Shown: positions 29,991 through 40,087, numbered from the stretch's first letter. The stretch is 64,000 bases of DNA from Pseudomonadota bacterium (GCA_021782495.1 JAJXUV010000001.1:374637-438636), one strand, 5' to 3'. Notes: generated by a model from the letters alone, not told the origin. Numbers and translations are program-made.

Positions 29991-30551
29991 TCATTGAATA
30001 ATTTCCGCTACCGTTTTAACTTCAGCCATCGTACTCAAAATTGACAGAGACTTTTCTTGATTTTCTTCATTGTTGCTGGCACAAGCATCTTTAGCGATAG
30101 TTACCGCATAATTACGGTCGTGTGCGTCACGTGCAGTGCTTTCTACGGCATAATTGGTAGAGATACCACAGAGAATTAACTGTTCTATCTGATTGACGCT
30201 CAAGATAGCTTCAAGAGGGGTACCATAAAACGCATTGATCCGATGTTTTATTAGCACAATATCGCTTTTACGATAATCCAGTTTTGAATCAAAATCGGTG
30301 CTTGATTCGCTGAGTTTCAGCCAATGGTTGGGTTTATTGTGTTTAAAAATCGGAGAACGATAGGCCAATTCCACATAAGAATCGCTAAATCCCACTTTAA
30401 CAAAAACAATCAATTCTTGTTTTTTTCGGGCATCAGCAATCAATTGATTGGCTTTTTCCAAGGTATGGTGTTTTTCTAAAAAACCTTTAAAGTCATCTCG
30501 TTGATTAATGCCGTTAATGAAATCAAGAACGATCAATGCGGTCTTTAACAT
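29991..30551 (-). CDS. Isochorismatase-family (cysteine hydrolase) protein
   Basis: 186 aa. N-terminal TALIVLDFINGI. A YcaC/isochorismatase-like catalytic Cys region (LILCGISTNYAVESTARDA). Confidence 0.7.
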   Translation of the reverse strand: MLKTALIVLDFINGINQRDDFKGFLEKHHTLEKANQLIADARKKQELIVFVKVGFSDSYVELAYRSPIFKHNKPNHWLKLSESSTDFDSKLDYRKSDIVLIKHRINAFYGTPLEAILSVNQIEQLILCGISTNYAVESTARDAHDRNYAVTIAKDACASNNEENQEKSLSILSTMAEVKTVAEIIQ

Positions 30552-30665
30552 GGAAATCTCCTTTTAAGGTTGGTTTAGTATCAGGTGGCCAAAAAACAAA
30601 GTAATCAATACGCCAGCAATAATGATCAGATAGCCTAATATAAATATGCTACAACAGTACCACAT

Positions 30666-31664
30666 TTATGCATCAACAAAAACCAATAGTGTTGATAAGA
30701 TAGAAAGTTGTTTCAGTGTTTCGGTTAATTGAATGTGTTCTTGAAATGTTGCTAGGGGAACCGATGGATCTTTGGCTGCAGTCATTCTGAGAGAACTCAA
30801 CTGTGCGGAAAGCAATTGTAATTGTTGCGCAACATTTTTTGAGATACTATGGTCATTGTTGTCAAACAAAGTGCCTATTTTGACTAATAAAAATTTTAAT
30901 TCCTCCGCAATGCCTTGTAATTCAGGATGGTTAATTTTTCTAGGAAGTTCGAGTTCCAGTAAAAATAATGTATGATAAATCCGTTCAAGTTTTTTGTACT
31001 GAAAGTCCTGTGATGCTAGGTTACAATTGCGCCACCAATGCTCGTGACTGATTTCTTGCAGGTTAAGTTTAGCTTGTTCTAAGCTTTCAAACAGGCTTAT
31101 CCTAGAGTGGATGTTACTAGGGTGTTCTAACATATTGTAGTAATAATGTTTTAGCATTTGCCGTATTTGCTGCATTTTTTTCGGTAGAGAGTCACTCGTG
31201 CGATTGGGGAAAATCCAATAAGTCGCGAGCAATGCTAATAAACACCCTAACAAAGTCATTTCCATACGAGTCAGCGCAATTTGCCAATTTCCTGGTACAA
31301 TCAAGCAAACCAGAGCAACGGAAATAATTGTATTAAATAGCGCATAAAATGTATAGTTAAAAGCTTTAAGATAGACGGTCAAGAACACAATCAAAGGAAT
31401 TAAGATATCCAAATACAACCAATGAGCACCTGCAACATGGGCCACTAAAATCCCCAAGATCATGCCCACAAATGTTCCACCAATCCGCTGTTTAATTCTA
31501 CGAAATGATTGACCTGAAGTGGGAAAAATGCAACCTAGAATACTAAAGGCCGCCCAATAGCCATTGTGCAATTGAAAAACTTGGTAAATGACGACTGCAA
31601 GGGTGCAGGTAATGCTTAGCCGTAAAGTGTAATGTAAATACAAGCGATCAATACTAAAATTCAT
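30666..31664 (-). CDS. FUSC-family (YccS/YhfK/AaeB-like) membrane protein, second half-homologue
   Basis: 332 aa. Transmembrane region with FUSC motif YWAAFSILGCIFPTSGQSFRRIKQRIGGTFVG, plus a soluble C-terminus. Its start overlaps the upstream gene's stop (ATGA at 31661-64). Confidence 0.55.
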   Translation of the reverse strand: MNFSIDRLYLHYTLRLSITCTLAVVIYQVFQLHNGYWAAFSILGCIFPTSGQSFRRIKQRIGGTFVGMILGILVAHVAGAHWLYLDILIPLIVFLTVYLKAFNYTFYALFNTIISVALVCLIVPGNWQIALTRMEMTLLGCLLALLATYWIFPNRTSDSLPKKMQQIRQMLKHYYYNMLEHPSNIHSRISLFESLEQAKLNLQEISHEHWWRNCNLASQDFQYKKLERIYHTLFLLELELPRKINHPELQGIAEELKFLLVKIGTLFDNNDHSISKNVAQQLQLLSAQLSSLRMTAAKDPSVPLATFQEHIQLTETLKQLSILSTLLVFVDA

Positions 31665-32746
31665 ACACTATCCTTTTGACGAATGATTTTAGCTTGAGAT
31701 GCAAGAAATGCTAATAAATCCCAGAGTTGAATGGTATGGTATAGATAATCAGAATAATCTAAAATTGCAGATAAATCTGGGTTTTGTTGCTGACAGGTTT
31801 GAATTTGTATGACTTTAATGGCTTCACGATATTGTTTTACAAAAATATTTGTTTCTTGGAAATGCGCTGGTTTATATTGCAATATGTTGATAAGCGCTCT
31901 GATTAATTGTTGAGTATGCGTCGGTACAGTGGCTAATTTAGTTTCTTCAAAGCAGATATGTTGCATGGCTTGAGCTTGAATAGATTGCATTTGTTTTTGT
32001 AGCAAATACACTTGATGCAGCCCTTTGTGAAACTGGTAATAAGCAGTGCGTGTAAGCTCATCTGTGTGCGTATTCAAATAAGTTTGAAATAAAGTATTTT
32101 GCAACGTCAGTAGTGCTTCAGTGTGCGGGGCGTTAAGGTAACAACTTTCCAGGATACGTATGCAACTATTATTTAAACGTTTAATAGGTTTTTCTGGAAA
32201 AAACAGTAATGAAGTGATGATACATAGAATCCCAGCGCCCAAAAAAGTCAGTGCCACGTGCCAAGCAAAAAAGTGATTGCCCAGACTACTTCCAAAAGCA
32301 ACGTATAAAAAAGCCGCCCAAGCGCCGGCATTAAAATAACGGTTGCCAAAAGCAATCGTATAACCACAAACAAAAACCACCACAGGAATTGTCAATAGAA
32401 ACCATAAGGGATAAGAGCTTAAATAAATGCCAATCCAAGCCAGTGCTGTAAAAATAAGAGTGATACTCCCTGAATAAAGGATTCTTTTACGAGGTATTTC
32501 CAAAGTGTCGATTTGAGAAAAAGCCAAGGCCGCAAAAGCAGCCCATCCTAATAAGGTAGGTTGGTGTAACCATTGAAAAATACCGATACTGATCAACACA
32601 CAAATAGCGGCCAGAATAGCCACTCGCAATATGCGGTATTCTGGATCAATCGTATTGATATACTTAGCTAGATGGAAAAGCTTATCAGGTTCAATCACTG
32701 TCATGCTCAACCGAAATGTGCATACGTAGGGCTTATGGTAACACAA
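31661..32746 (-). CDS. FUSC-family membrane protein, first half-homologue
   Basis: 361 aa. Transmembrane region with FUSC-like LLGWAAFAALAFSQIDTLEIPRKRILYSG, plus a soluble C-terminus. The likely start is the M at 32704 (MTVIEPDK). Confidence 0.55.
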   Translation of the reverse strand: MCYHKPYVCTFRLSMTVIEPDKLFHLAKYINTIDPEYRILRVAILAAICVLISIGIFQWLHQPTLLGWAAFAALAFSQIDTLEIPRKRILYSGSITLIFTALAWIGIYLSSYPLWFLLTIPVVVFVCGYTIAFGNRYFNAGAWAAFLYVAFGSSLGNHFFAWHVALTFLGAGILCIITSLLFFPEKPIKRLNNSCIRILESCYLNAPHTEALLTLQNTLFQTYLNTHTDELTRTAYYQFHKGLHQVYLLQKQMQSIQAQAMQHICFEETKLATVPTHTQQLIRALINILQYKPAHFQETNIFVKQYREAIKVIQIQTCQQQNPDLSAILDYSDYLYHTIQLWDLLAFLASQAKIIRQKDSV

Positions 32747-32794
32747 AATTGGGAGTGATATCTAAAATAAACAAAGAGATTTTTGTAGAACCTC

Positions 32795-33955
32795 TTATTT
32801 TGGGCCTTCATCGGTTTCTGCCAAATAATTTTGTACTCCAACCACTTCTATATTATCTTCTAAAAAATAATCCACATGTCCGGGATAAATGATGGTAAGT
32901 TTATCCAATTTTAGATCTTTTATAATCGTATTCATCGCCGAACTTCGTTTAGGCGATGAAGTGTATTTTACTTCGAAGCCTAGACGTTTACCTTCTTTTA
33001 AAATCAGCAAATCCAACTCAGCCTGTTGATGCACGCCCCAAAAATAGCAATCCTCTGCGCTCACACGATTGACACGGATAATTTCCTCTAAAGCAAAACA
33101 TTCCCAAGAGTGCGCCAGAAGAGGATGCACGAGTAGATCCGAGTAACTGTGTATGTTCAGTAAAGTGTGTAAAATACCACTGTCTCGAATGTAGACCTTA
33201 GGCCTTTTGATTTGGCGTTTACCAATATTTTCAAACCACGGCTTTAATTGTCTTACCATAAAAGTGCCTGTTAAAATATCCAGATAATGCATCACGGTTT
33301 TATCGCTTAATCCTAAAGAACAAGCAATATCAGAAGCATTGAATATTTTTCCGTGATAATGTGCTAACATCATCCAAAAGCGTCGTAAGTTTTCTGAGGG
33401 AATTTTAATACCCAGTCTGGGAATATCGCGTTCCAAAAATGTGAGAATAAACGCTTTACGCCATGCATCGCTGATGGCATCGTCTTTGGCTAAATAAGAT
33501 TTAGGAAATCCACCGCGAAACCACAAGGGTTCTAATTGTCCTACTTCTGGATAAGAAAAGGGTGTAAGTTCTAAATAACTAATACGGCCGGCCAGTGTTT
33601 CCGAAGAAGATTCCGCCAATTCGTGGGAGGCGCTGCCTAAAATTAAAAATTGCTGCGTTAAAGTCGGATCGTCTGCTAACACACGCAAACTTGGAAATAA
33701 AGATTTTACATATTGAATTTCATCGATCACAATGAGCCCTGATAATTTGGACAAGGTCAACAAAGGATCGCTTAAACGTTCTAAATCGCGGCTGTTTTCT
33801 AAGTCAAAATAATTCTGTGAAGCGATATTTCCTTCTTGAGCGATGTATTGCCGCGCACAGGTCGTCTTTCCACATTGTCGTGGTCCTAATAAGGCCACTA
33901 CAGGATTGACCTGAAAAGCGAAGTCTATTTGTCGAAGTATGTCGGTACGTTGCAT
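32795..33955 (-). CDS. AAA+ ATPase with DUF4143 domain (second paralogue)
   Basis: Walker A LLGPRQCGKTT. Walker B-like LIVIDEIQ. I chose the start at 33955 (MQRTDILRQ), which gives the Walker A the same N-terminal spacing as in the paralogue. The track ORF extends to 34060. Confidence 0.7.
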   Translation of the reverse strand: MQRTDILRQIDFAFQVNPVVALLGPRQCGKTTCARQYIAQEGNIASQNYFDLENSRDLERLSDPLLTLSKLSGLIVIDEIQYVKSLFPSLRVLADDPTLTQQFLILGSASHELAESSSETLAGRISYLELTPFSYPEVGQLEPLWFRGGFPKSYLAKDDAISDAWRKAFILTFLERDIPRLGIKIPSENLRRFWMMLAHYHGKIFNASDIACSLGLSDKTVMHYLDILTGTFMVRQLKPWFENIGKRQIKRPKVYIRDSGILHTLLNIHSYSDLLVHPLLAHSWECFALEEIIRVNRVSAEDCYFWGVHQQAELDLLILKEGKRLGFEVKYTSSPKRSSAMNTIIKDLKLDKLTIIYPGHVDYFLEDNIEVVGVQNYLAETDEGPK

Positions 33956-34027
33956 CGCTAATCCACGAAGTTTCGGAGTACATATCCGAATTTTCATATA
34001 AAATAGTGGATTTGTCAAGTAATTTGT

Positions 34028-34060
34028 ATGAAATTTCGGACATAGACTACGAAATTTCAT
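34028..34060. promoter_or_regulatory. 11-bp-arm palindrome atgaaatttcg-N11-cgaaatttcat upstream of the second DUF4143 ATPase
   Basis: Perfect inverted repeat about 75-105 nt upstream of the chosen start at 33955. It parallels the palindromes upstream of the first paralogue. Confidence 0.35.
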
Positions 34061-34121
34061 AGATTGCCCTGTTTGTAGACGAGTATGCTAAAATATCTCA
34101 AATTCATTACTATAGTTATTT

Positions 34122-35264
34122 ATGATGATCAACCCCCTAGCCCTCTACATCCATTTTCCTTGGTGCGTGCAAAAATGCCCTTACTGTGATTTTAATTCAC
34201 ATGCTTTGCGCGATACGTTGCCGGAAACGCAATACATTCAAGCCTTGATAGCCGATTGGGAAGAAGATTGTCAGTACGTAGGCGATAGAGTCATCAACAG
34301 TATTTTTTGTGGGGGTGGAACACCCAGTTTATTTTCGGGAGAAAGTTACTATCAATTACTAAACGCTTTGGCTTCACGGGTTGCTTTTTCTGAAGATCTA
34401 GAAATTACCTTAGAAGCGAATCCAGGCACTTTAAGCGCGCAGCGGTTGAATGCTTTATACGATGCAGGGATTAATCGTTTATCGATAGGTGCCCAAAGTT
34501 TTCAATCAGATAAATTAAAAACTTTGGGGCGTATTCACAATCCAGAGTCTATTTATGAAGCGATGCGATTTGCCAAAGAAGCCGGGTTTCAACGCATTAA
34601 TTTGGATCTGATGTATGGTTTGCCGCAGCAAAATGTAGAAGATGCACTCTACGATTTAGAACAAGCGTGTACATTAGCACCTTCGCATTTGTCTTGGTAT
34701 CAACTCACTTTAGAACCAAACACGCCTTTTTATAGAACGCCGCCGCCTTTACCGACTGAAGATGAAATTATTGCCATCGCTGAAGCGGGTGAAGCCTATT
34801 TAAAAGAACAAGCTTATGAACGATACGAAATTTCAGCTTTTTGTCGGGACAAAGATCGCTGTAGACACAATGTAAATTATTGGCAATACGGTGATTACAT
34901 CGGTATCGGTGCGGGTGCGCACGGTAAAATAACCCAAGCAGATGGCAGTATGGTGCGAACGGTCAAGAAAAAGCATCCCAAACACTATTTAGAAGGTGCA
35001 GGCTTTATGCAAGAAAAAATAATTGTCACACATAGAGAAGCTTTATTTGAATTTATGTTAAATGCTTTGCGTTTACAAGAACCTATTGCTTGGACTTTAT
35101 TGGAAGAACGCAGTGGTTGGAAACAAGAAGCGGTTTTCCCTTATTGTGACAAGTTGGTACAAAAGGGACTTATGGAATATAATCAAGATACTTTTTATTT
35201 AACGGCTAAAGGTAGAATGTTTACCAATGAAGCCATCAGCGCATTTTTGCCGGAGTCGCTATGA
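34122..35264 (+). CDS. hemW: Radical SAM heme chaperone HemW (HemN-like, oxygen-independent coproporphyrinogen III oxidase family)
   Basis: 380 aa. Radical SAM CxxxCxxC motif (FPWCVQKCPYCDFNS). GGGTPS motif. HemN_C region. Confidence 0.85.
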   Translation: MMINPLALYIHFPWCVQKCPYCDFNSHALRDTLPETQYIQALIADWEEDCQYVGDRVINSIFCGGGTPSLFSGESYYQLLNALASRVAFSEDLEITLEANPGTLSAQRLNALYDAGINRLSIGAQSFQSDKLKTLGRIHNPESIYEAMRFAKEAGFQRINLDLMYGLPQQNVEDALYDLEQACTLAPSHLSWYQLTLEPNTPFYRTPPPLPTEDEIIAIAEAGEAYLKEQAYERYEISAFCRDKDRCRHNVNYWQYGDYIGIGAGAHGKITQADGSMVRTVKKKHPKHYLEGAGFMQEKIIVTHREALFEFMLNALRLQEPIAWTLLEERSGWKQEAVFPYCDKLVQKGLMEYNQDTFYLTAKGRMFTNEAISAFLPESL

Positions 35265-35899
35265 ATAGTTTAAGCATTATCGAAAAAATTTTTTATATGG
35301 GGCTTCCCATTTTATTTGCCATTACCGTACACGAAGTGTCGCATGGTTGGATGGCTTTGCGCTGTGGTGATCGCACCGCTAAAATGAAGGGGCGATTGAC
35401 TTTAAACCCCATTAAACATGTCGATATGATAGGCACTGTCTTGTTGCCAGGCGTACTCATTTTGATGCACGCGCCTTTTATTTTTGGTTGGGCTAAACCA
35501 GTGCCCGTGGATTGGCGCAATTTACGCAATCCTAGACGTGACATGGCTTTAGTGGCTTTGATGGGGCCTTTATCGAATTTTATCATGGCGCTTCTGTGGG
35601 GGTTTTTCCTTAAATATACTTTCGATCCCACTTCTCCCAACGGGTGGATGATCATGGCTCAAACGGGGGTGATGATCAATGTGGTGCTAATGGTCTTGAA
35701 TTTGTTACCTTTGCCTCCTTTAGATGGTAGTCGAGTAGTGAGTAGTTTATTGAGTCCACGGGCAGCCTATCAATACAATAAATTGGAACGGTATGGTTTC
35801 ATCATCATTTTAATTTTGTTATTAACCAACACCTTATCGGCGATTTTAACCCCTTTATTGACCCTCATATTACAGGTGATAGGCTGGATATATTCATAG
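35261..35899 (+). CDS. Site-2 protease family (M50) zinc metalloprotease
   Basis: 212 aa. HExxH motif (TVHEVSHGWMA) within the first transmembrane helix. Multiple transmembrane helices. Its stop TAG at 35897-99 overlaps a copy of the 13-mer repeat. Confidence 0.75.
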   Translation: MNSLSIIEKIFYMGLPILFAITVHEVSHGWMALRCGDRTAKMKGRLTLNPIKHVDMIGTVLLPGVLILMHAPFIFGWAKPVPVDWRNLRNPRRDMALVALMGPLSNFIMALLWGFFLKYTFDPTSPNGWMIMAQTGVMINVVLMVLNLLPLPPLDGSRVVSSLLSPRAAYQYNKLERYGFIIILILLLTNTLSAILTPLLTLILQVIGWIYS

Positions 35900-35936
35900 G
35901 GCTTGTTGACAAACCGAATGTCAGCAGTTTTAGGGA

Positions 35937-35965
35937 TTTAAAATTTGAACAAAAAGTGGTATAAT
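35937..35965 (+). promoter_or_regulatory. Sigma70-like promoter for the downstream symporter gene
   Basis: -35 tttaaa at 35937-42. 17-nt spacer. Extended -10 tgg-tataat at 35957-65. SD aaggag at 35989-94. ATG at 36001. Confidence 0.35.
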
Positions 35966-36000
35966 TGTGCCATCTTTCCAAGCTTCATAAGGAGTTTAAC

Positions 36001-37290
36001 ATGCTCACTCGTATTCTCAGTCCCTTAAGGCGTTGGTTGCAATTGCCTTTATGGGGGCAAATCTTGATTGCTTTGGTATTGGGTATTGCGACCGGCTTGG
36101 TTGGTGGGCAGGCCATAGAACCGATACAAGTGGTAGGACTCATGTTTATCCATGCCATTCAAATGCTGGTAGTGCCGGTGGTGTTTACCGCCATTGTGTG
36201 TGCAGTCATGTCCTTAGATAAATTAACCCAAATGAAACGACTGCTGTTTAAAGCTTTGGGGCTATATGGGGTGAGTATGATTTTTGCGGCAACCATTGGC
36301 GTTGTTTGCGCTATCTTGATTGCACCAGGAGAAGGAATGATGTTGGGGTTAACAAAACCTTCTGCTGCATTGATGCAACACGCACCAACCGCTAGTCAAG
36401 TTTTAATTGGCTTTATCCCAGTGAGTCCGGTGGCGGCTTTTGTGGAAAACAATGTCATACAGATTTTAGTATTTGCCGTTTTGCTGGGCCTGTCGATCCG
36501 TTTAACAGGGGAAGCTGCTGAACCGGTTGCCAATTTATTTCGATCTTTTTCAAAAGTAGTCTTTAAATTTGCGCACATCATCATCAGTCTTTCACCTTAT
36601 GGGGTATTTGCGTTGATTGCCTATGTATTTGGCCGTTATGGATTGATCGTATTACTTCCTTTAGCTAAATTTGTAGTAACTGTTTATGTGAGTTGTGTTT
36701 TACAATTGGTGTTAGTGTACAGTTTGGTCTTGCTGAGCAATGGCATTAGTCCCCTGAAATTTTTCAAAGCCATTGGCCAAGCGATGATTTTGTCTTTTAC
36801 CACCTCCAGTTCTGCAGCGACCTTACCCGTTACTTTAAAATGTGCTCAAGAAAATCTGAAAATTCCGAAAGATTTAGCGGGGTTTTTATTGCCTTTGGGA
36901 ACCACTTTTAATTTGAATGGATTATCCATTTATTTGGCTGTGGCAACGGTGTTTGCAGCCAATTTATATGGCATTCATTTGGGGTTTTTGCAGTATTTTA
37001 CAGTGATCATCACCATTGTTTTTACAGCAATGGGTGCTGCAGCAGTGCCGGGTTCTGCTTTAATTGTGATGGGTGCGGTCATGAGTTCGGTAGGCATTCC
37101 TTTGGGTGCACTCCCTTTGATTGCAGGCGTGGATCGTTTAAACGATATGGCGCAAACCAGCACCAATGTGATAGGCGATTTATTTGCAACAACTTTGGTG
37201 TCTAAAAGTGAAGGAAAAAAACCTTTTTCTGAGGAAGATCAAGAAACCCATTCACTGTCTTCTTTAGAAAAGGAAATCGCTAACGAATGA
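36001..37290 (+). CDS. Dicarboxylate/amino acid:cation symporter (DAACS, GltP/DctA-like)
   Basis: About 10 transmembrane helices. SSSAATLPVT motif characteristic of DAACS. I chose the start at the ATG 36001, which has a good SD. The track start TTG 35965 overlaps the -10. Confidence 0.8.
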   Translation: MLTRILSPLRRWLQLPLWGQILIALVLGIATGLVGGQAIEPIQVVGLMFIHAIQMLVVPVVFTAIVCAVMSLDKLTQMKRLLFKALGLYGVSMIFAATIGVVCAILIAPGEGMMLGLTKPSAALMQHAPTASQVLIGFIPVSPVAAFVENNVIQILVFAVLLGLSIRLTGEAAEPVANLFRSFSKVVFKFAHIIISLSPYGVFALIAYVFGRYGLIVLLPLAKFVVTVYVSCVLQLVLVYSLVLLSNGISPLKFFKAIGQAMILSFTTSSSAATLPVTLKCAQENLKIPKDLAGFLLPLGTTFNLNGLSIYLAVATVFAANLYGIHLGFLQYFTVIITIVFTAMGAAAVPGSALIVMGAVMSSVGIPLGALPLIAGVDRLNDMAQTSTNVIGDLFATTLVSKSEGKKPFSEEDQETHSLSSLEKEIANE

Positions 37291-38552
37291 ATGTTGTGGC
37301 CTTAACGCGTTACAAAGTCATGGCACTCGCTTGCTTTATGTGGAGTATTGCCGCGGTATTTTATGGATTAGATTATTTACAACACACGGTGCCCAGTGTG
37401 TTGATCGAACCTATTTCCGCCAGCATCGGAATAAATTACATCGATCTGGCCACGGTCATGAGTATTTATTTCCCTATTTATGCTTTGTCGCAGATCCCCG
37501 CTGGGTATTTGATAGATAAATATGGTATTAAGCAAACGCTGGGGTGGTCTTGTTTGACGGTGAGTTTGGGATTGTTTTGTATGTTGGTGCCTGTGCTCAG
37601 CGCGATTGTGATAGGACGTATTTTAATCGCCATAGGCTCGGCCTTTGCTTTTATCGGTGCTTTAAAAACCATTTCTGTGTGGTTCCCACTGAACTATTTT
37701 TCTTTGTTTGTAGGTATTACGCAATCGATTGGTGTTGTGGGAGGATTAACAGGACAAGTCTTCATTAATCACTTGATTGTCATGAGTACTTGGCAGACGG
37801 CCTTGTTTAACATTGCTTTATTCGGGGTTTTGTGGGGTATCATTATTTTTTTCTTATTGAAAAATAAACCTACGGTTGCTATTCATTCGCTGAGTCCTTC
37901 AGTCACTTTAGAGCAATGTAAAAAGGATAGTACTTTCCTAGGCATCATTCGCGATAAAAATATTTGGTTATTGGCTATTTACGCTGCGATTATGGTTGGC
38001 ACCGTAATGAATACCTTTGCGGAATTGTACGATGTATTGTTTTTAAAAAAATCTTTGGGGATGACAAGCCAGCAAGCAACTTATATCACGATGTTTATTT
38101 TTATCGGTGTTGGAGTAGGAGCGCCCTTGCATGGCATTATTTCAAATCGCTTTTCACAACAAAGTATTTGGATGCGGTGGTGTGCACTCATGACTTTAAT
38201 CGTTTTCCTTTGTATTCCGATTGCGTCTCTGTTGTCAGCAGGAATGAGCGTGTTGATTTTAATTTATTTTTTATTGGGCTTTTTTGTGTCTTCTATGCTC
38301 TTATCTTTTTCCATTGCGCGTTACTGTTACGCTATAGACAGTCACGGCATTATTTTTGCTTTGGTCAATACCATTATTGGTTTTGGAGGGTTTTTATTTC
38401 CTTTAGTGTTTGGAAAGGTCGTGAAGCTTTTAATGATGCATCTACAGCTTGAGAATGAATTATTGCTGCCCTTATTTTTATTGGCCATTCCTTTGCTGAT
38501 TAGTTTGATGATGACTTTTTTTATCCAAGAAGGCAAAAAGCTCTGTCCATAA
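37287..38552 (+). CDS. MFS transporter
   Basis: 421 aa, 12 predicted transmembrane helices. MFS-like loop motif GYLIDKYGIKQTL. It overlaps the upstream stop by 4 nt. Confidence 0.75.
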   Translation: MNVVALTRYKVMALACFMWSIAAVFYGLDYLQHTVPSVLIEPISASIGINYIDLATVMSIYFPIYALSQIPAGYLIDKYGIKQTLGWSCLTVSLGLFCMLVPVLSAIVIGRILIAIGSAFAFIGALKTISVWFPLNYFSLFVGITQSIGVVGGLTGQVFINHLIVMSTWQTALFNIALFGVLWGIIIFFLLKNKPTVAIHSLSPSVTLEQCKKDSTFLGIIRDKNIWLLAIYAAIMVGTVMNTFAELYDVLFLKKSLGMTSQQATYITMFIFIGVGVGAPLHGIISNRFSQQSIWMRWCALMTLIVFLCIPIASLLSAGMSVLILIYFLLGFFVSSMLLSFSIARYCYAIDSHGIIFALVNTIIGFGGFLFPLVFGKVVKLLMMHLQLENELLLPLFLLAIPLLISLMMTFFIQEGKKLCP

Positions 38553-38633
38553 CTCCTCTTTCTCCCCCCTCTTGTTTTTTATTATACGATCCGCTATAGT
38601 CGTATTTTTATGGATAAATTCAAGGAGTAAACG

Positions 38634-39224
38634 ATGAAAAAAATAACGGTTAGAGTGTGTGCGGCTTTGAGTGTGTTAGTCGGGATCAGTGCTTGTAATC
38701 CTAATCCCCCTATGTATCACAAAAAAGCTGAAGTCAAAGAACATCGCGGTGCTGATAATCTGCAAGCGCAACGCTGGGATTTTAATTTACCCAATCAGGA
38801 AGTGTGGAAGATCGGCTATAAAGTGCAAAATGACACCGTCAATAATTTTATCTGGATCCCTAAAGGCCAAAATATGGGAACCTGGAAACAGAATATTACG
38901 GATAAGTTTATCGTAGACAGTGCAGTTCAAGATAAATCGCCAAAAGATTTGATGGAACGCGCGCAACAATCTTCAAAAGCACAATGTGAAAGAGTCGATT
39001 GGAATACCTTAAGCGAAAACAGCAATCAAATCATCTATGAAGCCGATACCATCAACTGCGGTAAAGCTGGAAAGGAATCACAACACATGGTGGGCCGTAT
39101 TGAGCGAGGGCAGGGCGGTATGTACTCCTTGCAATATTTTGCAGTACAAGATATTCTCGAAGGGCATCTCAAACAAACTATGTTGAACACTGTACAAGAT
39201 GCCAAGTTAGTGTCCAACAATTAA
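38634..39224 (+). CDS. Hypothetical lipoprotein
   Basis: 196 aa. Signal peptide with lipobox LVGISAC. Otherwise hydrophilic. No recognisable domain. Confidence 0.55.
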   Translation: MKKITVRVCAALSVLVGISACNPNPPMYHKKAEVKEHRGADNLQAQRWDFNLPNQEVWKIGYKVQNDTVNNFIWIPKGQNMGTWKQNITDKFIVDSAVQDKSPKDLMERAQQSSKAQCERVDWNTLSENSNQIIYEADTINCGKAGKESQHMVGRIERGQGGMYSLQYFAVQDILEGHLKQTMLNTVQDAKLVSNN

Positions 39225-39349
39225 AGCATGATATATTCTTCGCATTTGATTCTTAGGCTTTGTTGCCTTCGCCCATCTCGCGCCAGTCATGTAGAGTGCT
39301 TCACTCCTGGTGCGCGCGAGTTCGGCGCCTTACCTAAAAATCAACTGCT

Positions 39350-40087
39350 ATGAGTATAGCCGCTGTCTGGGCGACGCCTTTTTCTCAGGAGAAGGCGCAA
39401 CAGTTAGCAGATTCTTTGCAATTACCGCTGCACTCGGAAAAAAGTGCAGCGGTGGATTTCTATCTTTATTACACTTCCAATGGTTTAACTTTAATCGGGA
39501 CACATTTGAATTTAGGTCCACTTCATTTGGATTTTAATCAAGGCGCATTGTCGCAACGTTTAGAAAAAGCCTCTATTCGCAATGAAGCTTTGGCGCGCGC
39601 AGTGGGCTTGCATAAAAAGCGAGATGCTCATATTTGTGATGCAACGGCAGGCATTGGTCGAGAAGGGTGTTTGTTAGCAGCTTTAGGTGCCCAGATCACT
39701 TTGGTGGAGCGTTCCCCCATTATGGTTGCTTTACTGAAAGATGCCTTAGAACGTTGTGAAGCACCTTGGCGCGAAGGCGTGCATTTGGTGGCAGCAGACA
39801 GTGTTGATTTCCTAAATACAACTCTCGCAGAGTTTGATGTGATTTATTTGGACCCCATGTTTGAAGTCCACAGCCATAAAGCACAAGTTAAAAAAGAAAT
39901 GCAATACTTACAAGCTTTAATGGGACCGCAAGAAGATGGCGATGCTTTGTTTCGCGTTGCTTTAAGTCGCAACCCTTGGCGCATTGTGGTTAAAAGACCT
40001 TTAAAAGCACCTTCTTTGTTAGCACAAAAACCGGATTTTTGTTTGAAATTAAAAACTTACCGATTTGACGTATATGTCTTGCCTTAA
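39350..40087 (+). CDS. rsmJ: 16S rRNA (guanine1516-N2)-methyltransferase
   Basis: 245 aa. SAM motif ICDATAGIGREGCLLAALGAQITLVERSP. DPMF motif. Typical of RsmJ/YhiQ. Confidence 0.8.
   Translation: MSIAAVWATPFSQEKAQQLADSLQLPLHSEKSAAVDFYLYYTSNGLTLIGTHLNLGPLHLDFNQGALSQRLEKASIRNEALARAVGLHKKRDAHICDATAGIGREGCLLAALGAQITLVERSPIMVALLKDALERCEAPWREGVHLVAADSVDFLNTTLAEFDVIYLDPMFEVHSHKAQVKKEMQYLQALMGPQEDGDALFRVALSRNPWRIVVKRPLKAPSLLAQKPDFCLKLKTYRFDVYVLP

Noticed and set aside
37964-38452. 162-aa ORF on the + strand inside the MFS transporter gene, in an alternative frame
   Set aside because: It is wholly nested in a well-supported 12-transmembrane transporter gene on the same strand. The protein is a low-complexity Cys/Phe-rich artefact of the alternative frame, and it has no RBS.
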